Source: Desulfatiglandales bacterium (GTDB lineage Bacteria > Desulfobacterota > DSM-4660 > Desulfatiglandales > Desulfatiglandaceae). Taken from it: DNA of 64,000 nucleotides. The notes beneath the pieces were generated by a model. That model was not told the DNA's origin, did no database searches, and worked only from the letters and a program-made list of their open reading frames with translations. The stretch spans positions 4,320,001 through 4,384,000 of the forward strand of contig OY759599.1 in the NCBI GenBank assembly GCA_963662465.1. The letters run 5' to 3'. The position numbers and the translations under genes are program-made. This document shows positions 41,401-51,172 of this stretch, piece by piece (position 1 is the stretch's first letter; the number at the start of each line of letters is the position of its first letter).

Positions 41401-42406
41401 GGGCATCCCCGCCGGCGTGCTGCCGTTTACGGACGGAACTTCCATCGACGCGGGCCGGAAATTCGCTCTTACCAATGAATACTTTTCTCTCACGGGTCTT
41501 TTGGGAGACATCCTCACGTTTCTCAGCGGTCGGAAAAACCATGATGACGCCGCCATTTTGATCCCTCAAACGGAAGGCGCGGAAGTACACGGGCAATACA
41601 ATCGATATTTGAGAACAAAACTGGACGAAAACGGATACGAAAATATAAAAATCATAGCGCCTTTTTTGGAAGACGCTCTGTTCGCCTCCCATGACAACAT
41701 GAAATCAATCCGGTTGGGCCTGCTGGCGGGAGACCTGATTCGAATCGCCCCTCCGAAATTGAGAAACGGATACCTTGAAAGGGTGCTGGCGGCCATGGGC
41801 GGCGAAAGTTTTAAAATCGAAGATCTGGAAGATACGGCACAAAAAATACAAAGGGAGCTGCAAACCATAGTAAACTCAAAAAAGATATTTGCTGCGGGAG
41901 AGCCTTTTCTTCTTTACAATGATTACTTGAACAACTTTTTATTCAGGGATCTGGAAAAAAACGGGCGCCGGGTCGTCTACAGCCCCTTAAGCGAGTGCAT
42001 GTGGTTGACATGGCGCGACCATGTGGCGCGGAATCCGGGAGAAAAGGAACAGGCAGCGCGACAACGGTTGGAAGACTTCCGGCAAGAGATCAATAGGATA
42101 TCCCGTTGCCTGGGAGACGAGAGCCCCTTTGAGGAAAGCATGGATGACCTCATCGGCATTGCCGATAAAACCGTCGGTTTCTACGCCGGGGCCCAGGGAC
42201 GATACCGAGAGGCCAAAATACTCTGCGATTTGCCGAATATCCAGGGGATTGTCAACGCGACGGCCATGTATGAAAACACCGGCATCGCATTGGGCATTCT
42301 GCACAGGGGTTTTGAGAATAAAAAACCGGTTCTCAATCTGACATTCGACGGAAATAAAAACGAAAATGATCAAACCAAAATAGACGCTTTCCTCTGCTAC
42401 TTGTAG
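38414..42406 (+). CDS. Acyl-CoA dehydratase activase (two BadF/BadG/BcrA/BcrD ATPase domains + DUF2229)
   Basis: GLDIG / GIDVGSTST, twice EIGGQ, CSAGTGSF / CAAGTGSF, VGIPRAL, CYPVK, HGCGPDS, EVDEH. Confidence 0.92.
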   Translation: MLSLGLDIGYSSIKLALIDSDNRIIYHVYKLHRGNIRETLGSAIEDLLRHPEAGKIRRGAVTGSGGRGLSKKSNITFVNEATAIVEGAIAENNTCKSIIEIGGQSAKYISDFGAEDKSGIKISMNSNCSAGTGSFLEEQVSRLKLKLEDYASYAEKAATIPRIAGRCSVFAKTDITHHQQEGVPVEDILWGLAHAMVRNYRGSVMRKLPMKKPILFVGGVAHNRAIVKAFKQILKLGEEQLIVPEHFAVIGALGAAVMANHGKFALNTDELLNALEQNNVFFEEDRSKAPLPNLLPFGEDDASGKHDFEPINSGPDVLVCWLGIDVGSTSTNLVLVDQKNRMVSFQYLRTLGKPLAAVQKGLNNINNEFGNRIRIAGVGATGSGRLMIGKAVGADVVKDEITSQAKAAVHLDPAVDTIFEIGGQDSKYIGLKNGVVRDFQMNKICAAGTGSFIEEQAVKFNLPIQDFGRMALDGSDPIALGERCTVFMETSVAAHLARGARLEDMASGLCYSIVKNYLNRVVGQKRIGERVFLQGGIAYNQGVVNAFRALTGKSIEVPPFFSVTGAYGVAMLAREEMHPGGTRFGGFDIQTDILRRDQDEDDRESKDSAELFNDAIADLIFEGYDGARAPERKTVGIPRALFTYGMFSMFNAFFRELGFNVLLSEPTHEKTIQWAQEYALDETCYPVKLINGHVAELIRKKVDFIFFPDLFTVEHPGSHTRQNYGCAYMQLAFKIVNQAMELKTKGITLLAPTIAFSFGKEFMMKSFMGLGRQLGKSPEQTAFALQKGMQSFHAFEKRIEKKGQDIISEIDPKEKTFVIISKIYGIADRILNMKIPGRLMDMGYKAVPFYYLPEGDISKRHPNMYWPFGQHILNSALFIKDHPNFYGILLTHHGCGPDSVLTHFFKEMMGDKPYLNIEVDEHSSHVGVITRLEAFVNSLSKTPPKKIDDSPSYLKNVVQEKVNIDTSLTGLRRNTTVYLPNLYPYSFIFGKILANKGIPAGVLPFTDGTSIDAGRKFALTNEYFSLTGLLGDILTFLSGRKNHDDAAILIPQTEGAEVHGQYNRYLRTKLDENGYENIKIIAPFLEDALFASHDNMKSIRLGLLAGDLIRIAPPKLRNGYLERVLAAMGGESFKIEDLEDTAQKIQRELQTIVNSKKIFAAGEPFLLYNDYLNNFLFRDLEKNGRRVVYSPLSECMWLTWRDHVARNPGEKEQAARQRLEDFRQEINRISRCLGDESPFEESMDDLIGIADKTVGFYAGAQGRYREAKILCDLPNIQGIVNATAMYENTGIALGILHRGFENKKPVLNLTFDGNKNENDQTKIDAFLCYL

Positions 42407-42450
42407 GTCGTCGGAACACGGGTTTGGTCCATAAAATAAGGAGAAAGCAT

Positions 42451-43002
42451 ATGGAAATATTGCATAACGATCCCATCGTACTCAAACCGGTGGGTTTTGT
42501 CCGAAACGAAATGGATGAACCTTTTCTCAAGGCCGGAGAAGAGGGCATAGAAATGAAGGAGCGGATGGCGGCCGTAAAGGCCCAGGTTCGTAAAATTCGA
42601 AAAATGAAATCGGACATCATCATCAACCCTGAGCTGGCCGGGACCCTGGAGGACATTGAGGCCTATTCGCATCTGGTGATCCTGTACTGGGCGCACAAGG
42701 CACCCGAAAAAAGCCGCTCGCTCACCCGGGTGCATCCCATGGGCAGAAAGGAAATACCCCTGACCGGTCTGTTTTCCACTTGCAGCCCGGCACGGCCCAA
42801 CCCGGTTCTCACCACCGTGGTTCGGTTATGCGGAAGAAAGGACAACGTTCTGGAAGTGGCCGGCATCGACGCCGTCAATGGAAGCCCCGTCATCGATATT
42901 AAACCGTACGTCAAGGAGTGGTACCCTCAAAAGGAAGTACGGATTCCGGAATGGATGCGGCGACTCATGGCGGAAATTGAAGAAGACGGCTTAGAGGCAT
43001 AA
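42451..43002 (+). CDS. TrmO/TsaA-like SAM-binding protein, copy 1
   Basis: PVGFV, YSHLVILYW, FSTCSPARPNP, GIDAVNGSPVIDIKPY, PEW. Confidence 0.85.
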   Translation: MEILHNDPIVLKPVGFVRNEMDEPFLKAGEEGIEMKERMAAVKAQVRKIRKMKSDIIINPELAGTLEDIEAYSHLVILYWAHKAPEKSRSLTRVHPMGRKEIPLTGLFSTCSPARPNPVLTTVVRLCGRKDNVLEVAGIDAVNGSPVIDIKPYVKEWYPQKEVRIPEWMRRLMAEIEEDGLEA

Positions 43003-43048
43003 CAAAGCCCACAAGGCAAAAATATGTTCATAAAATTAAGAGGTCATC

Positions 43049-43891
43049 ATGGAAACAACCGAAAATGAAAAGAAAAAAGCCTCGGACGATTCGCAATCCT
43101 TTGAGATAAGGAGAATCGCACGTCTGAAACAAAACCCAAGAAGCGACTTCATCCGGGCCATAGACCGCAAGGATGCCGCCCGATGTCTGGTCAAAACGGC
43201 CGAGGTCCATGGGCACTTCTGTCCGGGAAGCGCGCTGGGGGTCATGGCCTCCCTTCTGGGGCTTCAGCGGTTGGGCGGGGACGAATCGATTTCTTCCGAT
43301 GGACTGGAAAATCTGATGGCCATCGTCGAAATAAACGCCTGCTTTGCGGACGGGGTGCAGGCGGTGTCGGGATGCACCCTCGGCAACAACGCGCTGGTGT
43401 ATCGGGATCTGGGGCGCCATGCCGTCACCTTTGCCGTTCGCGGCAGGGAAACGGGGGTGCGCGTCCGGGTCCGGCCGGATTTTCGTTCACACATCGATCG
43501 GGCGGTTCCCGCGTTCTACCCCCTTTTGGAAACGGTCATTAAAAACAGGCAAGGAACTCCCGAAGAGGAAACGGCATTTAAGGAAAAAGGGCGGGAAGCG
43601 GCCTTCGCGCTCATCCAAATGCCCCTTGAGCAACTCATGATCGCCGAGACGGTCCGACCCGATCTGCCGGAATACGCCCCCATAACCGAAAGCGTTGTAT
43701 GCCCGGGTTGCGGGGAAGTGGTCATGTCCACGAAGGTAGTCGATAGCGGGGAAAAACAAGGTCTGTGTTACATGTGCGCGAACGGTCCTTACCATCAGGT
43801 GGAAGGTCGGGGAATCACAGCCGTCCGCGACGGAGAAAAATGCGATCCGTCGAAAGGCACATGGGGCGTCTTCCCGAAAAAAGGAGCTTAA
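43049..43891 (+). CDS. FmdE family protein with C-terminal Zn finger
   Basis: HGHFCPG, CFADGVQAVSGCTLGN, CPGCGE...CYMC. Confidence 0.9.
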   Translation: METTENEKKKASDDSQSFEIRRIARLKQNPRSDFIRAIDRKDAARCLVKTAEVHGHFCPGSALGVMASLLGLQRLGGDESISSDGLENLMAIVEINACFADGVQAVSGCTLGNNALVYRDLGRHAVTFAVRGRETGVRVRVRPDFRSHIDRAVPAFYPLLETVIKNRQGTPEEETAFKEKGREAAFALIQMPLEQLMIAETVRPDLPEYAPITESVVCPGCGEVVMSTKVVDSGEKQGLCYMCANGPYHQVEGRGITAVRDGEKCDPSKGTWGVFPKKGA

Positions 43892-43894
43892 CCC

Positions 43895-44497
43895 GTGAGA
43901 AAAAAAGAATGCAACCATCACCATCAGGGCAATGGAAAGATCCGACGGGGTCCCAGCAGTTTTTGGATGCACGACCCCGATGTTGTCTTTGATGTCCTTG
44001 CGTTGAAGCAGGGGGATTTTGTTCTTGATTTAGGGTGTGGACCAGGGGACTATTCAATTCAAGCCGCCGGGAAGGTTGGAGTTTCAGGCATTGTTTACGC
44101 GATGGACAAATGGGCCTACATGGTTGACGGCTTAAAAAAAGAGGCAACCGCCCGGGGGCTTGGCAACATCAGGCCCATCACCGCCGATATCACCGAACCC
44201 CTGCCCATTAATGATCAATCCATCGACGTCTGTCTCCTGTCAACAGTGCTCCATATCTTCAATCTTTCATACATTGAAAAGACCCTGTTCAGCGAAATTC
44301 ACCGCGTCCTGAAGCCCGACGGCCGTGTGGCCGTCATCGAGTGCAAAAAAGAAGACCAGCCTTTCGGTCCACCCAAACATATGCGGCTGTCGCCAGAAGA
44401 ACTGGAGGTTTCGATTTCCAAATATGGATTCGATAAGCGCGGTTTAAAGGATTTGGGATACAACTATATGATCCAATTCAAAATTCATCACGCTTAA
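43895..44497 (+). CDS. Class I SAM-dependent methyltransferase
   Basis: VLDLGCGPG, HRVLKPDG; N-terminal CNHHH. Confidence 0.9.
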   Translation: MRKKECNHHHQGNGKIRRGPSSFWMHDPDVVFDVLALKQGDFVLDLGCGPGDYSIQAAGKVGVSGIVYAMDKWAYMVDGLKKEATARGLGNIRPITADITEPLPINDQSIDVCLLSTVLHIFNLSYIEKTLFSEIHRVLKPDGRVAVIECKKEDQPFGPPKHMRLSPEELEVSISKYGFDKRGLKDLGYNYMIQFKIHHA

Positions 44498-44517
44498 TCC
44501 ATTTGAAGAGGAGAACA

Positions 44518-45111
44518 ATGGTCAAAAAAACAACCTCCCTCACCCTTACGTTTTCCGGTCTGATACTGTTGATTTCCAGCATCATCCTTTATATCGGACC
44601 TCCCGGCCATGTGGGCCATTTTTCCCCATGGCAACTTATGGGGCTGTCCAAACACTATTGGGGTGTTTTGCATCTGAACAGCGGCATCCTTTTCTGCCTG
44701 GCCATGACGGTCCACGTCTATTTTAACTGGAAACTCCTGGTATCCTATTTAAAAAAACGGGGTAGAGACAAGATTCCGTTCATACCCCTGGTCATTGCAC
44801 TGGTTTTGACGGGGTATGTTTGTGTGGGCGCCTGCTATGAAGCCTCTCCCATGGGGCAGATCATGGATTTTGCGCGGAATCTGAAAATGGCGACCGTAAA
44901 ACAGTACGGCTCGCCCCCCTATGGAACGTCCACGACATATCCCATTGGAACCATCGCGAGGTACATGGGTTGGAATGCGGAAACCGCATTAAAACGCCTG
45001 GCCGAGCGCAACATCATTGTCGGGTCTCAGGATGAACCCCTTGGGGACGTGGTCCGGAACAACGGGACAACCATCGGCAGCCTGTTGGATATCATGGCCG
45101 GGACCTGGTAA
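44518..45111 (+). CDS. DUF4405 membrane protein
   Basis: ILYIGPPG...WGVLH...HVYFNW. Confidence 0.8.
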   Translation: MVKKTTSLTLTFSGLILLISSIILYIGPPGHVGHFSPWQLMGLSKHYWGVLHLNSGILFCLAMTVHVYFNWKLLVSYLKKRGRDKIPFIPLVIALVLTGYVCVGACYEASPMGQIMDFARNLKMATVKQYGSPPYGTSTTYPIGTIARYMGWNAETALKRLAERNIIVGSQDEPLGDVVRNNGTTIGSLLDIMAGTW

Positions 45112-45148
45112 TGGTCGGCGGCAAGACTTTCTTTTTTCGAGGTTGAAA

Positions 45149-46153
45149 ATGAAACAAGTCGGATCGGGTGAAAAAAATGACGGCGCAACAATAACGGCAT
45201 CCAAATTCCTCAATTCAACTTCCCGTTCCAACGTCATTGTTGAATGTTCGAAACAAAACGGGGACTTTTTACCGGAAAATATCGCCCTCAGACCCGGACT
45301 CCGCATGATGATCTTTAATCACACCCGGCCCGGAAACTTTCGGATGGCCTATGAAATTGAGCATGCGCCCCTTGGTTTCTCTTTCAACCTCTCCCAAAAT
45401 ATCCGGTTGACCCTTAACGGCGGCGGCAAAAACCGGGAGGTGGTGGAAAGATCGCCGGGGGACGTCTTGGTGGCCTATTTGCCCCGTACAAGAGGAATTG
45501 TCGAGTCCCCGGGAGGACGGGTTGCGGGGGTATCGCTCTATTTTACCCCGCACGTCTTTCGAGACCTGTTTCGCAAAACACCCGAATGCTTGGAACTCCT
45601 GGGTATCAATTCTTGCCGGGCCTTACCGGAAAAACGGCTTTTTCGACAAAGCCCCTTTAATGGAAATATCCATCTGGTCCTGAGGCAGATTTTTGAATGC
45701 CCTTACCGGGGAGAACTCCGTAGGTTGTTTCTCGAAGCCAAAGCCCTGGAGTTGGTGGCGTTAAAATTGACGGAGATGGAAAACGGCCTGGAAACGAACG
45801 CTTCCGCATTGAGCCATCGAGAGCTGGACCGGATACGCGAGGCACGCCATACCCTTTTGGCCCGGCTGGATAATCCCCCGAGCCTCACCGTTTTGAGCCG
45901 ACTGGCGGGCATTAACCGCAACAAGCTCAACCGGGGTTTCAAACAACTCTATGGAAACACCGCATTCAACGTCCTTCGCAATGCCAGGCTCGCCAAGGCC
46001 AGATCCCTCCTTCAACAAACTGATTTAACCCTTTCCGAGGTGGCTTTTTCGGTGGGTTACAATAATCAGGCCAATCTTACAAAAGCCTTTCGCGCCCATT
46101 TCGGACAGACCCCGAAAACAATCCGTAGAGAAAAGATTATCAGGTCTTCTTAA
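45149..46153 (+). CDS. AraC family regulator (PchR/YbtA-like)
   Basis: FLEAKALEL, PPSLTVLSR...KLNRGFKQLYG...VAFSVGY...FRAHFG. Confidence 0.9.
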   Translation: MKQVGSGEKNDGATITASKFLNSTSRSNVIVECSKQNGDFLPENIALRPGLRMMIFNHTRPGNFRMAYEIEHAPLGFSFNLSQNIRLTLNGGGKNREVVERSPGDVLVAYLPRTRGIVESPGGRVAGVSLYFTPHVFRDLFRKTPECLELLGINSCRALPEKRLFRQSPFNGNIHLVLRQIFECPYRGELRRLFLEAKALELVALKLTEMENGLETNASALSHRELDRIREARHTLLARLDNPPSLTVLSRLAGINRNKLNRGFKQLYGNTAFNVLRNARLAKARSLLQQTDLTLSEVAFSVGYNNQANLTKAFRAHFGQTPKTIRREKIIRSS

Positions 46154-46219
46154 AAGAAAATAGTGTCGCTTGACGACATTTCCATTTGGGGGTGTTCTAA
46201 TCAAGGGATCGGTAATTCC

Positions 46220-46274
46220 GGGGACACCCTACTTAATTCCTATAGATATTGTCGAAAATAAGTAAGATGTCCCC
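46220..46274. repeat. REP-like imperfect inverted repeat
   Basis: GGGGACACCCTACTTAATT ... AATAAGTAAGATGTCCCC. Confidence 0.6.
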
Positions 46275-46617
46275 AGATCTGGAATGGCGCAAACATTTTG
46301 GGTGGAAAGGTCCGACAACAACGAAAAGGACTTCTTTATTCCTGATTCGAAACAATGCGTTTCAATCGGCTGGTGATGCAACTCCATAGGGACATCGGCA
46401 GCGCCGATGCATTTAGGACAAAAGAAAGTGCCTCCGGGAAAAGACGGTTCTCCTATTCTTCTGCTATACAGGCATGGTTACAGTTTATAATTTTAAAATT
46501 TAGAAAATAAATATTCTTCCAGGTGGGAAGATATTTTTTTGCTCATGTAGTTAGATAATTAAAATTTAAATAGCAAAATGCAACATACTATCAGTTCTCT
46601 AATTGAAAGAGGAAGGA

Positions 46618-47913
46618 ATGGATAAAGAAATCAACGGAATAGTTCAGAGCAAAAAGCACAGCATCGCATTTAAAGTAATGTTGCTGACATCCATGTACAT
46701 ATGCCAGACGATTCCTGTGGGATTCATTATCACCTGCCTTCCCGTAATCCTGCGTCACCAGGGGGTAAGTTTTCGGTCTATCGGCTTTCTTTTCCTGCTG
46801 CAGGCGCCGTGGGCGCTGAAATTCCTTTATGCCTCGTGGATCGACCGATTCCATGTAAAGAGACTGGGCAGACGCAGAACCTGGATCTTTCCCCTTCAAT
46901 GGATTGGCGCAGGCCTTTTTTTTGCCCTGTCATCGGCCCCACCGGATCATTCTTTCGGCGTTATGTTCGTGCTGCTCTTCTGTTTCAATACAGCCATGGC
47001 AACAAACGACATCGCCGTAGACGGTTATGCCACAGACATTTTGTTGCCCGAAGAAAGGCCCTGGGGAAATACCATCCAATCCGGCGCCAGGCCCGTTGGG
47101 ATGCTTCTGGGAGGGGGCCTTACACTCGTTTTGCAGAACACCCTGGGATGGGAAACCATCTGCATTTTGCTGGCGGTAACGATTTTGCTCCTGAGTTTGC
47201 CGGTTGTGCTGCATCGAGAAATCCCATCTTTGTACACCCGGGAAGCGTCTAAACCGGAAAGCAGTAACTCAAAGTCCGGCTTAACCGCTTTTTTGAAAAA
47301 ACCCCAAACAGGCTGGCAAATCCTTTTCCTGTTGTTGCCGACCCTTTTTTTCTTCAACGGTTTTCAGATGCGGATGCCGTTTTTAACAGATTTGGGACTA
47401 AGCCCCGGCGACATCGGTAAAATGCTTATTCGGGTCGGTTATCCTGCCGGATTTCTGGGGACCCTCTTGTGGGGTTGGTTTTTTCATCGGGTGGGTCCGG
47501 CGGTTTTCCTGCGAACCTTCGGTACACTATCCCTCGTTTTGACCGGATTTACCATCCAGGCGGCATGGGCGGGAGTGATTTCTCCGTGGCAGGGCGCCCT
47601 GATTCTGGCTGCCGATAACGTAATCCTGGGAGGCATCTTCGTATGGGGTTTTACACTGATGATGAAAGCCAGCGCGGGAACGCAGTCCGGAACCGGATTC
47701 GCCGTTTTGAGCAGCGTTTTCATCCTTCCGCCGCTCCTTCTAGGCCCCCTGTTCGGCGCTTTGGGCGATTGTTGCGGCACGTTTGTGCTTTATGTGTGTA
47801 TCGGCGCCCTCATGATTCTGGGGCTTATCGGCGCCGAAATTATTTTACACCTTCGATTAAAGGAGTTTGTTTCAACTCGCTTCAATGCCGCTCATTCAAT
47901 ACGCAGGTTCTAA
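46618..47913 (+). CDS. MFS transporter (AmpG/RhtX/FptX-like)
   Basis: PWALKFLYASWID, GRRRTW, ATNDIAVDG. Confidence 0.88.
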   Translation: MDKEINGIVQSKKHSIAFKVMLLTSMYICQTIPVGFIITCLPVILRHQGVSFRSIGFLFLLQAPWALKFLYASWIDRFHVKRLGRRRTWIFPLQWIGAGLFFALSSAPPDHSFGVMFVLLFCFNTAMATNDIAVDGYATDILLPEERPWGNTIQSGARPVGMLLGGGLTLVLQNTLGWETICILLAVTILLLSLPVVLHREIPSLYTREASKPESSNSKSGLTAFLKKPQTGWQILFLLLPTLFFFNGFQMRMPFLTDLGLSPGDIGKMLIRVGYPAGFLGTLLWGWFFHRVGPAVFLRTFGTLSLVLTGFTIQAAWAGVISPWQGALILAADNVILGGIFVWGFTLMMKASAGTQSGTGFAVLSSVFILPPLLLGPLFGALGDCCGTFVLYVCIGALMILGLIGAEIILHLRLKEFVSTRFNAAHSIRRF

Positions 47914-47963
47914 AATGAAAAAAAAGCTGAAAAACTCATTTTAAACTAAAGGAGACGTTATTA

Positions 47964-49895
47964 ATGAAAAGTAGCTGCATAAAACAAGCCGTCATATTCC
48001 TTATTGCGGTCCTGATTTCTTCGACCGCACATGGCGAGTCTACTGAAAAACAGGAGATTGAACAACTGGAAGGCATTACGGTCACCGCACAAAAAAAAGA
48101 GGAAGATGCACAGAAAGTTCCCATCAGCATGGATATTTTTTCCGAGATGGATCTGGAAAATGCAAAAATTGAGAATACCCTCGACTTGACGCGGTTTTCA
48201 CCCAATACATTCATGCAAAACCGCTACACGGAACATATCGTGGTGATCAGAGGCGTATCTTCTTTCAAGGGCTGCAATTATTCACCCGCCGGATATTATG
48301 TGGATGATGTAAGCTATCCCCTGCATTACATGCAGAATATGGAATTTTTCGACCTCGAACGCGCCGAAGTCTTAAAAGGGCCGCAGGGGACACTATACGG
48401 CAGAAACGCTGAATCCGGGGTGATTAACCTCATCACCCGGCAACCCGGCAATCATCTACGCGGCAAGGTTCTGGGCGAATATGGAAATTACGATACATTC
48501 CGTACGGTTGCGAACATCAGCGGTCCCGTGGTCAAAGACAAGCTTTTTCTGGGAGGGGCATTTCAATATAAAACTTCGGACGGATTCGTGGAAAACCAAT
48601 ATAACGGAAATGACCGCGCCGCTGATCTACGCCATACGGCCGGTCGCGCCACATTGAGATGGACTCCGGATGATCCGTGGGACATCTCCTTGATTACGGA
48701 TATTTCGGATTTTGATGATCACGGCGGCGGGTACAGACTTATTGATGGTCCCCACGCCACAGAGCCCTTCAAAGTCCGAAAAGATTTAGATGAATATCTC
48801 AAGCAAAACGGAAACAGTCAAGTTTTGCGCGTTAAATATGGCGGCAATGCGTTCAGCGTTTTGTCCATTTCCAGCGCCCTGAACCAGAAGTTCGACAAGG
48901 TCAATGACGCTGACCTATGGCATGATCCCGAAAATGAAAAATTGGAATTCGCCAAAATCAAACTGAAACAATACAGTCAGGAATTTCGCATTTCTTTTCA
49001 GTCGGGACCCCTGGAATGGCTTGCCGGCCTGTATGGATTCATTGAAAAAACGGATTTCAATTATCAGTATGATATTGCATCAAAAAAAATGACCTTTTTG
49101 AACCCCATCACGGAAACGGATTCCACAGGCTGTGCGGTTTTCGGTCAAGGCGTCTACACCCTTTTCGACAATTTTCACCTGACAGCGGGCCTGCGTTTCG
49201 ACCATCAGTCCCAGGAAGGGGATCTTAAGGATGCCGTTCGAAAGGTCGCCTGCCACGAAGATCTATCGCATAATGAAGTGTTGCCGAAATTCTCCGCGGC
49301 CTATGATGTTTCAAAAAATGCGATGGTTTATGCCTCCGCATCCAAAGGCTATCTGATAGGCGGATTTAACTGGGCCATGATGCCGACCCAAAAAAACTTT
49401 TACTATGGTCCTGAATATACCTGGAATTACGAAACGGGCGTGAAGACAACATGGTTAAACGACAAATTGTTGGCCAACCTGTCGATCTTCCATATCAGCA
49501 TTGACGACAAGCAGATAACCAGGATGGATTCGAACCGGTTGGCAACCTGCATCACCAACGCGGCAAAAGCGCACTCTGAAGGCGTCGAGCTGCAATTTCA
49601 GGCAATGCCCGTCCGGGGCCTTCGATTATCTGCGGGTTTCGGCTGTATTGATGCACAGTTCGACGATTTCAAGACCGCCGAGTGGAACGCCGCGCACACC
49701 GCACTGATCCCAAAAAACTACAAAAACAACTACCTGCCGTATGCTCCGAAGTACAACTACAATGTGAGCACGCAATACCGGAGCGCATTCGGTTTTTTTG
49801 CCCGGGCCGACCTTTTGGGAACGGGCCCCTTTTATGGAGATGCAGCCAACAAGGCCGAACAGAAGGCATACGAAATTCTGAATTTGCGTCTCGGA
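47964..49895 (+). pseudogene. TonB-dependent receptor, 5' part (644 codons), interrupted by transposon
   Basis: ITVTAQK, LKGPQGTLYGRN; frame enters the element and stops at 49907; remainder at 54628-54777. Confidence 0.93.
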
Positions 49896-50156
49896 CTTGG
49901 GCGCTAACCAAAATGGAACCAGTTTTGCTACTCCAAACGGAACCAGATATTGCGCACTGGTCTTTTCCTTTTAGAAGGGTTTTCTTGTAAATTTGTTAGA
50001 GGTTGCATGAAAGAGTATATCAGATGGTATTTTAAAAATGCTGGTGAGACACGTAGCGTTCTGGTTGAAGAATCAGTGATGAGGATACCATCAATATGGT
50101 GATGGCAGAGAAGAGGGGATTAGATTTTTCGGTTAAGGGCAATGCTTATTGAGGAA

Positions 50157-50354
50157 CTATTTGTCTATGTCATAGTCGTCCGGTAAATTCAGGAGGCCTC
50201 CCTTCGCCAATTGATCCTCAATCAAATATCCAATTTCCCCGTTTTTTTTCAGCTGTAGAATCATCCATTTGGGGAGACGAATGGTGAGCAGTTCACGTCT
50301 CAAATGTTCCGGTTTCTTTCTTCGGCCGGCGCCTACCCGTTTTCCACCTCTCAT
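50157..50354 (-). CDS. Small basic hypothetical protein (possible ribbon-helix-helix DNA binder)
   Basis: RGGKRVGAGRRKK followed by LLTIRLPKW; GGAG RBS. Confidence 0.55.
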   Translation of the reverse strand: MRGGKRVGAGRRKKPEHLRRELLTIRLPKWMILQLKKNGEIGYLIEDQLAKGGLLNLPDDYDIDK

Positions 50355-50452
50355 TTCAAGCTCCAAGACAAGGTAATTTCTGATATTCGTGTAACGAGAT
50401 TCAAACAGACCGGTGATATTCAGACCTCAAAACCGGCCCTTTGGCGAACATC

Positions 50453-51172
50453 TCATTTTCTGAGGGAAGGACCATCAATATGAATGTTGATGCAGCGATG
50501 GTTGAGACGATCCAGCAAGGCATCGACCATGTCCTTTGGTTCAAGCAGCGAATACCATTGTTCAGGTTGAAGATTGGTCGTAATAATTGTGGACCGACCG
50601 GCTTCATAGCGATCTTTCATGAGTTTAAAAAAGGCGTTCATCTGCTCTTTTTTGAGGGTCAGGTATCCCAGTTCATCGAGCAGAAGCAGGTCATATCTGC
50701 AAAGGGCATTGAGGAGTTTCGGGGTGGACCGATCTGCCAAAGACGCATAGAGCTGATCCAGCAAATCCTGAACATTATAAAAACGCCCCCGGTACCCGGC
50801 AATAATGGCTTGACGAAGGATCCCCACGGCCAATCCCGTTTTGCCGACGCCGGTTTTTCCATGGAACACGATGTTTTCTCTTCGGCTGATAAAGTCAAGG
50901 CCGGACAACGTCATGATCCGGCTCTTCTGTATTCCCGGCTGAAGATCAAACGGAAAGGAGTTGAGGGTCCATTCCCATGGAAGCTTTGCAATCTGGACCC
51001 GATAGATCATGCTGCGCTCCTGCCGGAAACGTAATTCCTCAGCCAGGAGATTGTAGATGACCTCGTGAATGGAAAAACCGTTCTTTTCAGCCGAAGCCAA
51101 CTGTTCTTCGAGAGCCTTCAGCATGCCTTTAAACTTCAAATCAATGAGTAACTGTTCAATTTTCTTTTTCAT
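50453..51172 (-). CDS. istB: IS21 helper ATPase
   Basis: GKTGVGKT Walker A, LLLLDELGY Walker B, IITTN, ALLDRLNH. Confidence 0.95.
   Translation of the reverse strand: MKKKIEQLLIDLKFKGMLKALEEQLASAEKNGFSIHEVIYNLLAEELRFRQERSMIYRVQIAKLPWEWTLNSFPFDLQPGIQKSRIMTLSGLDFISRRENIVFHGKTGVGKTGLAVGILRQAIIAGYRGRFYNVQDLLDQLYASLADRSTPKLLNALCRYDLLLLDELGYLTLKKEQMNAFFKLMKDRYEAGRSTIITTNLQPEQWYSLLEPKDMVDALLDRLNHRCINIHIDGPSLRK

Noticed and set aside
38414..42406. Benzoyl-CoA reductase
   Set aside because: Architecture is the widespread fused activase-DUF2229 type; no BcrB/BcrC genes adjacent
46485..46575. Fur box upstream of the MFS gene
   Set aside because: Best match about 12/19 in a very AT-rich tract; not distinguishable from chance
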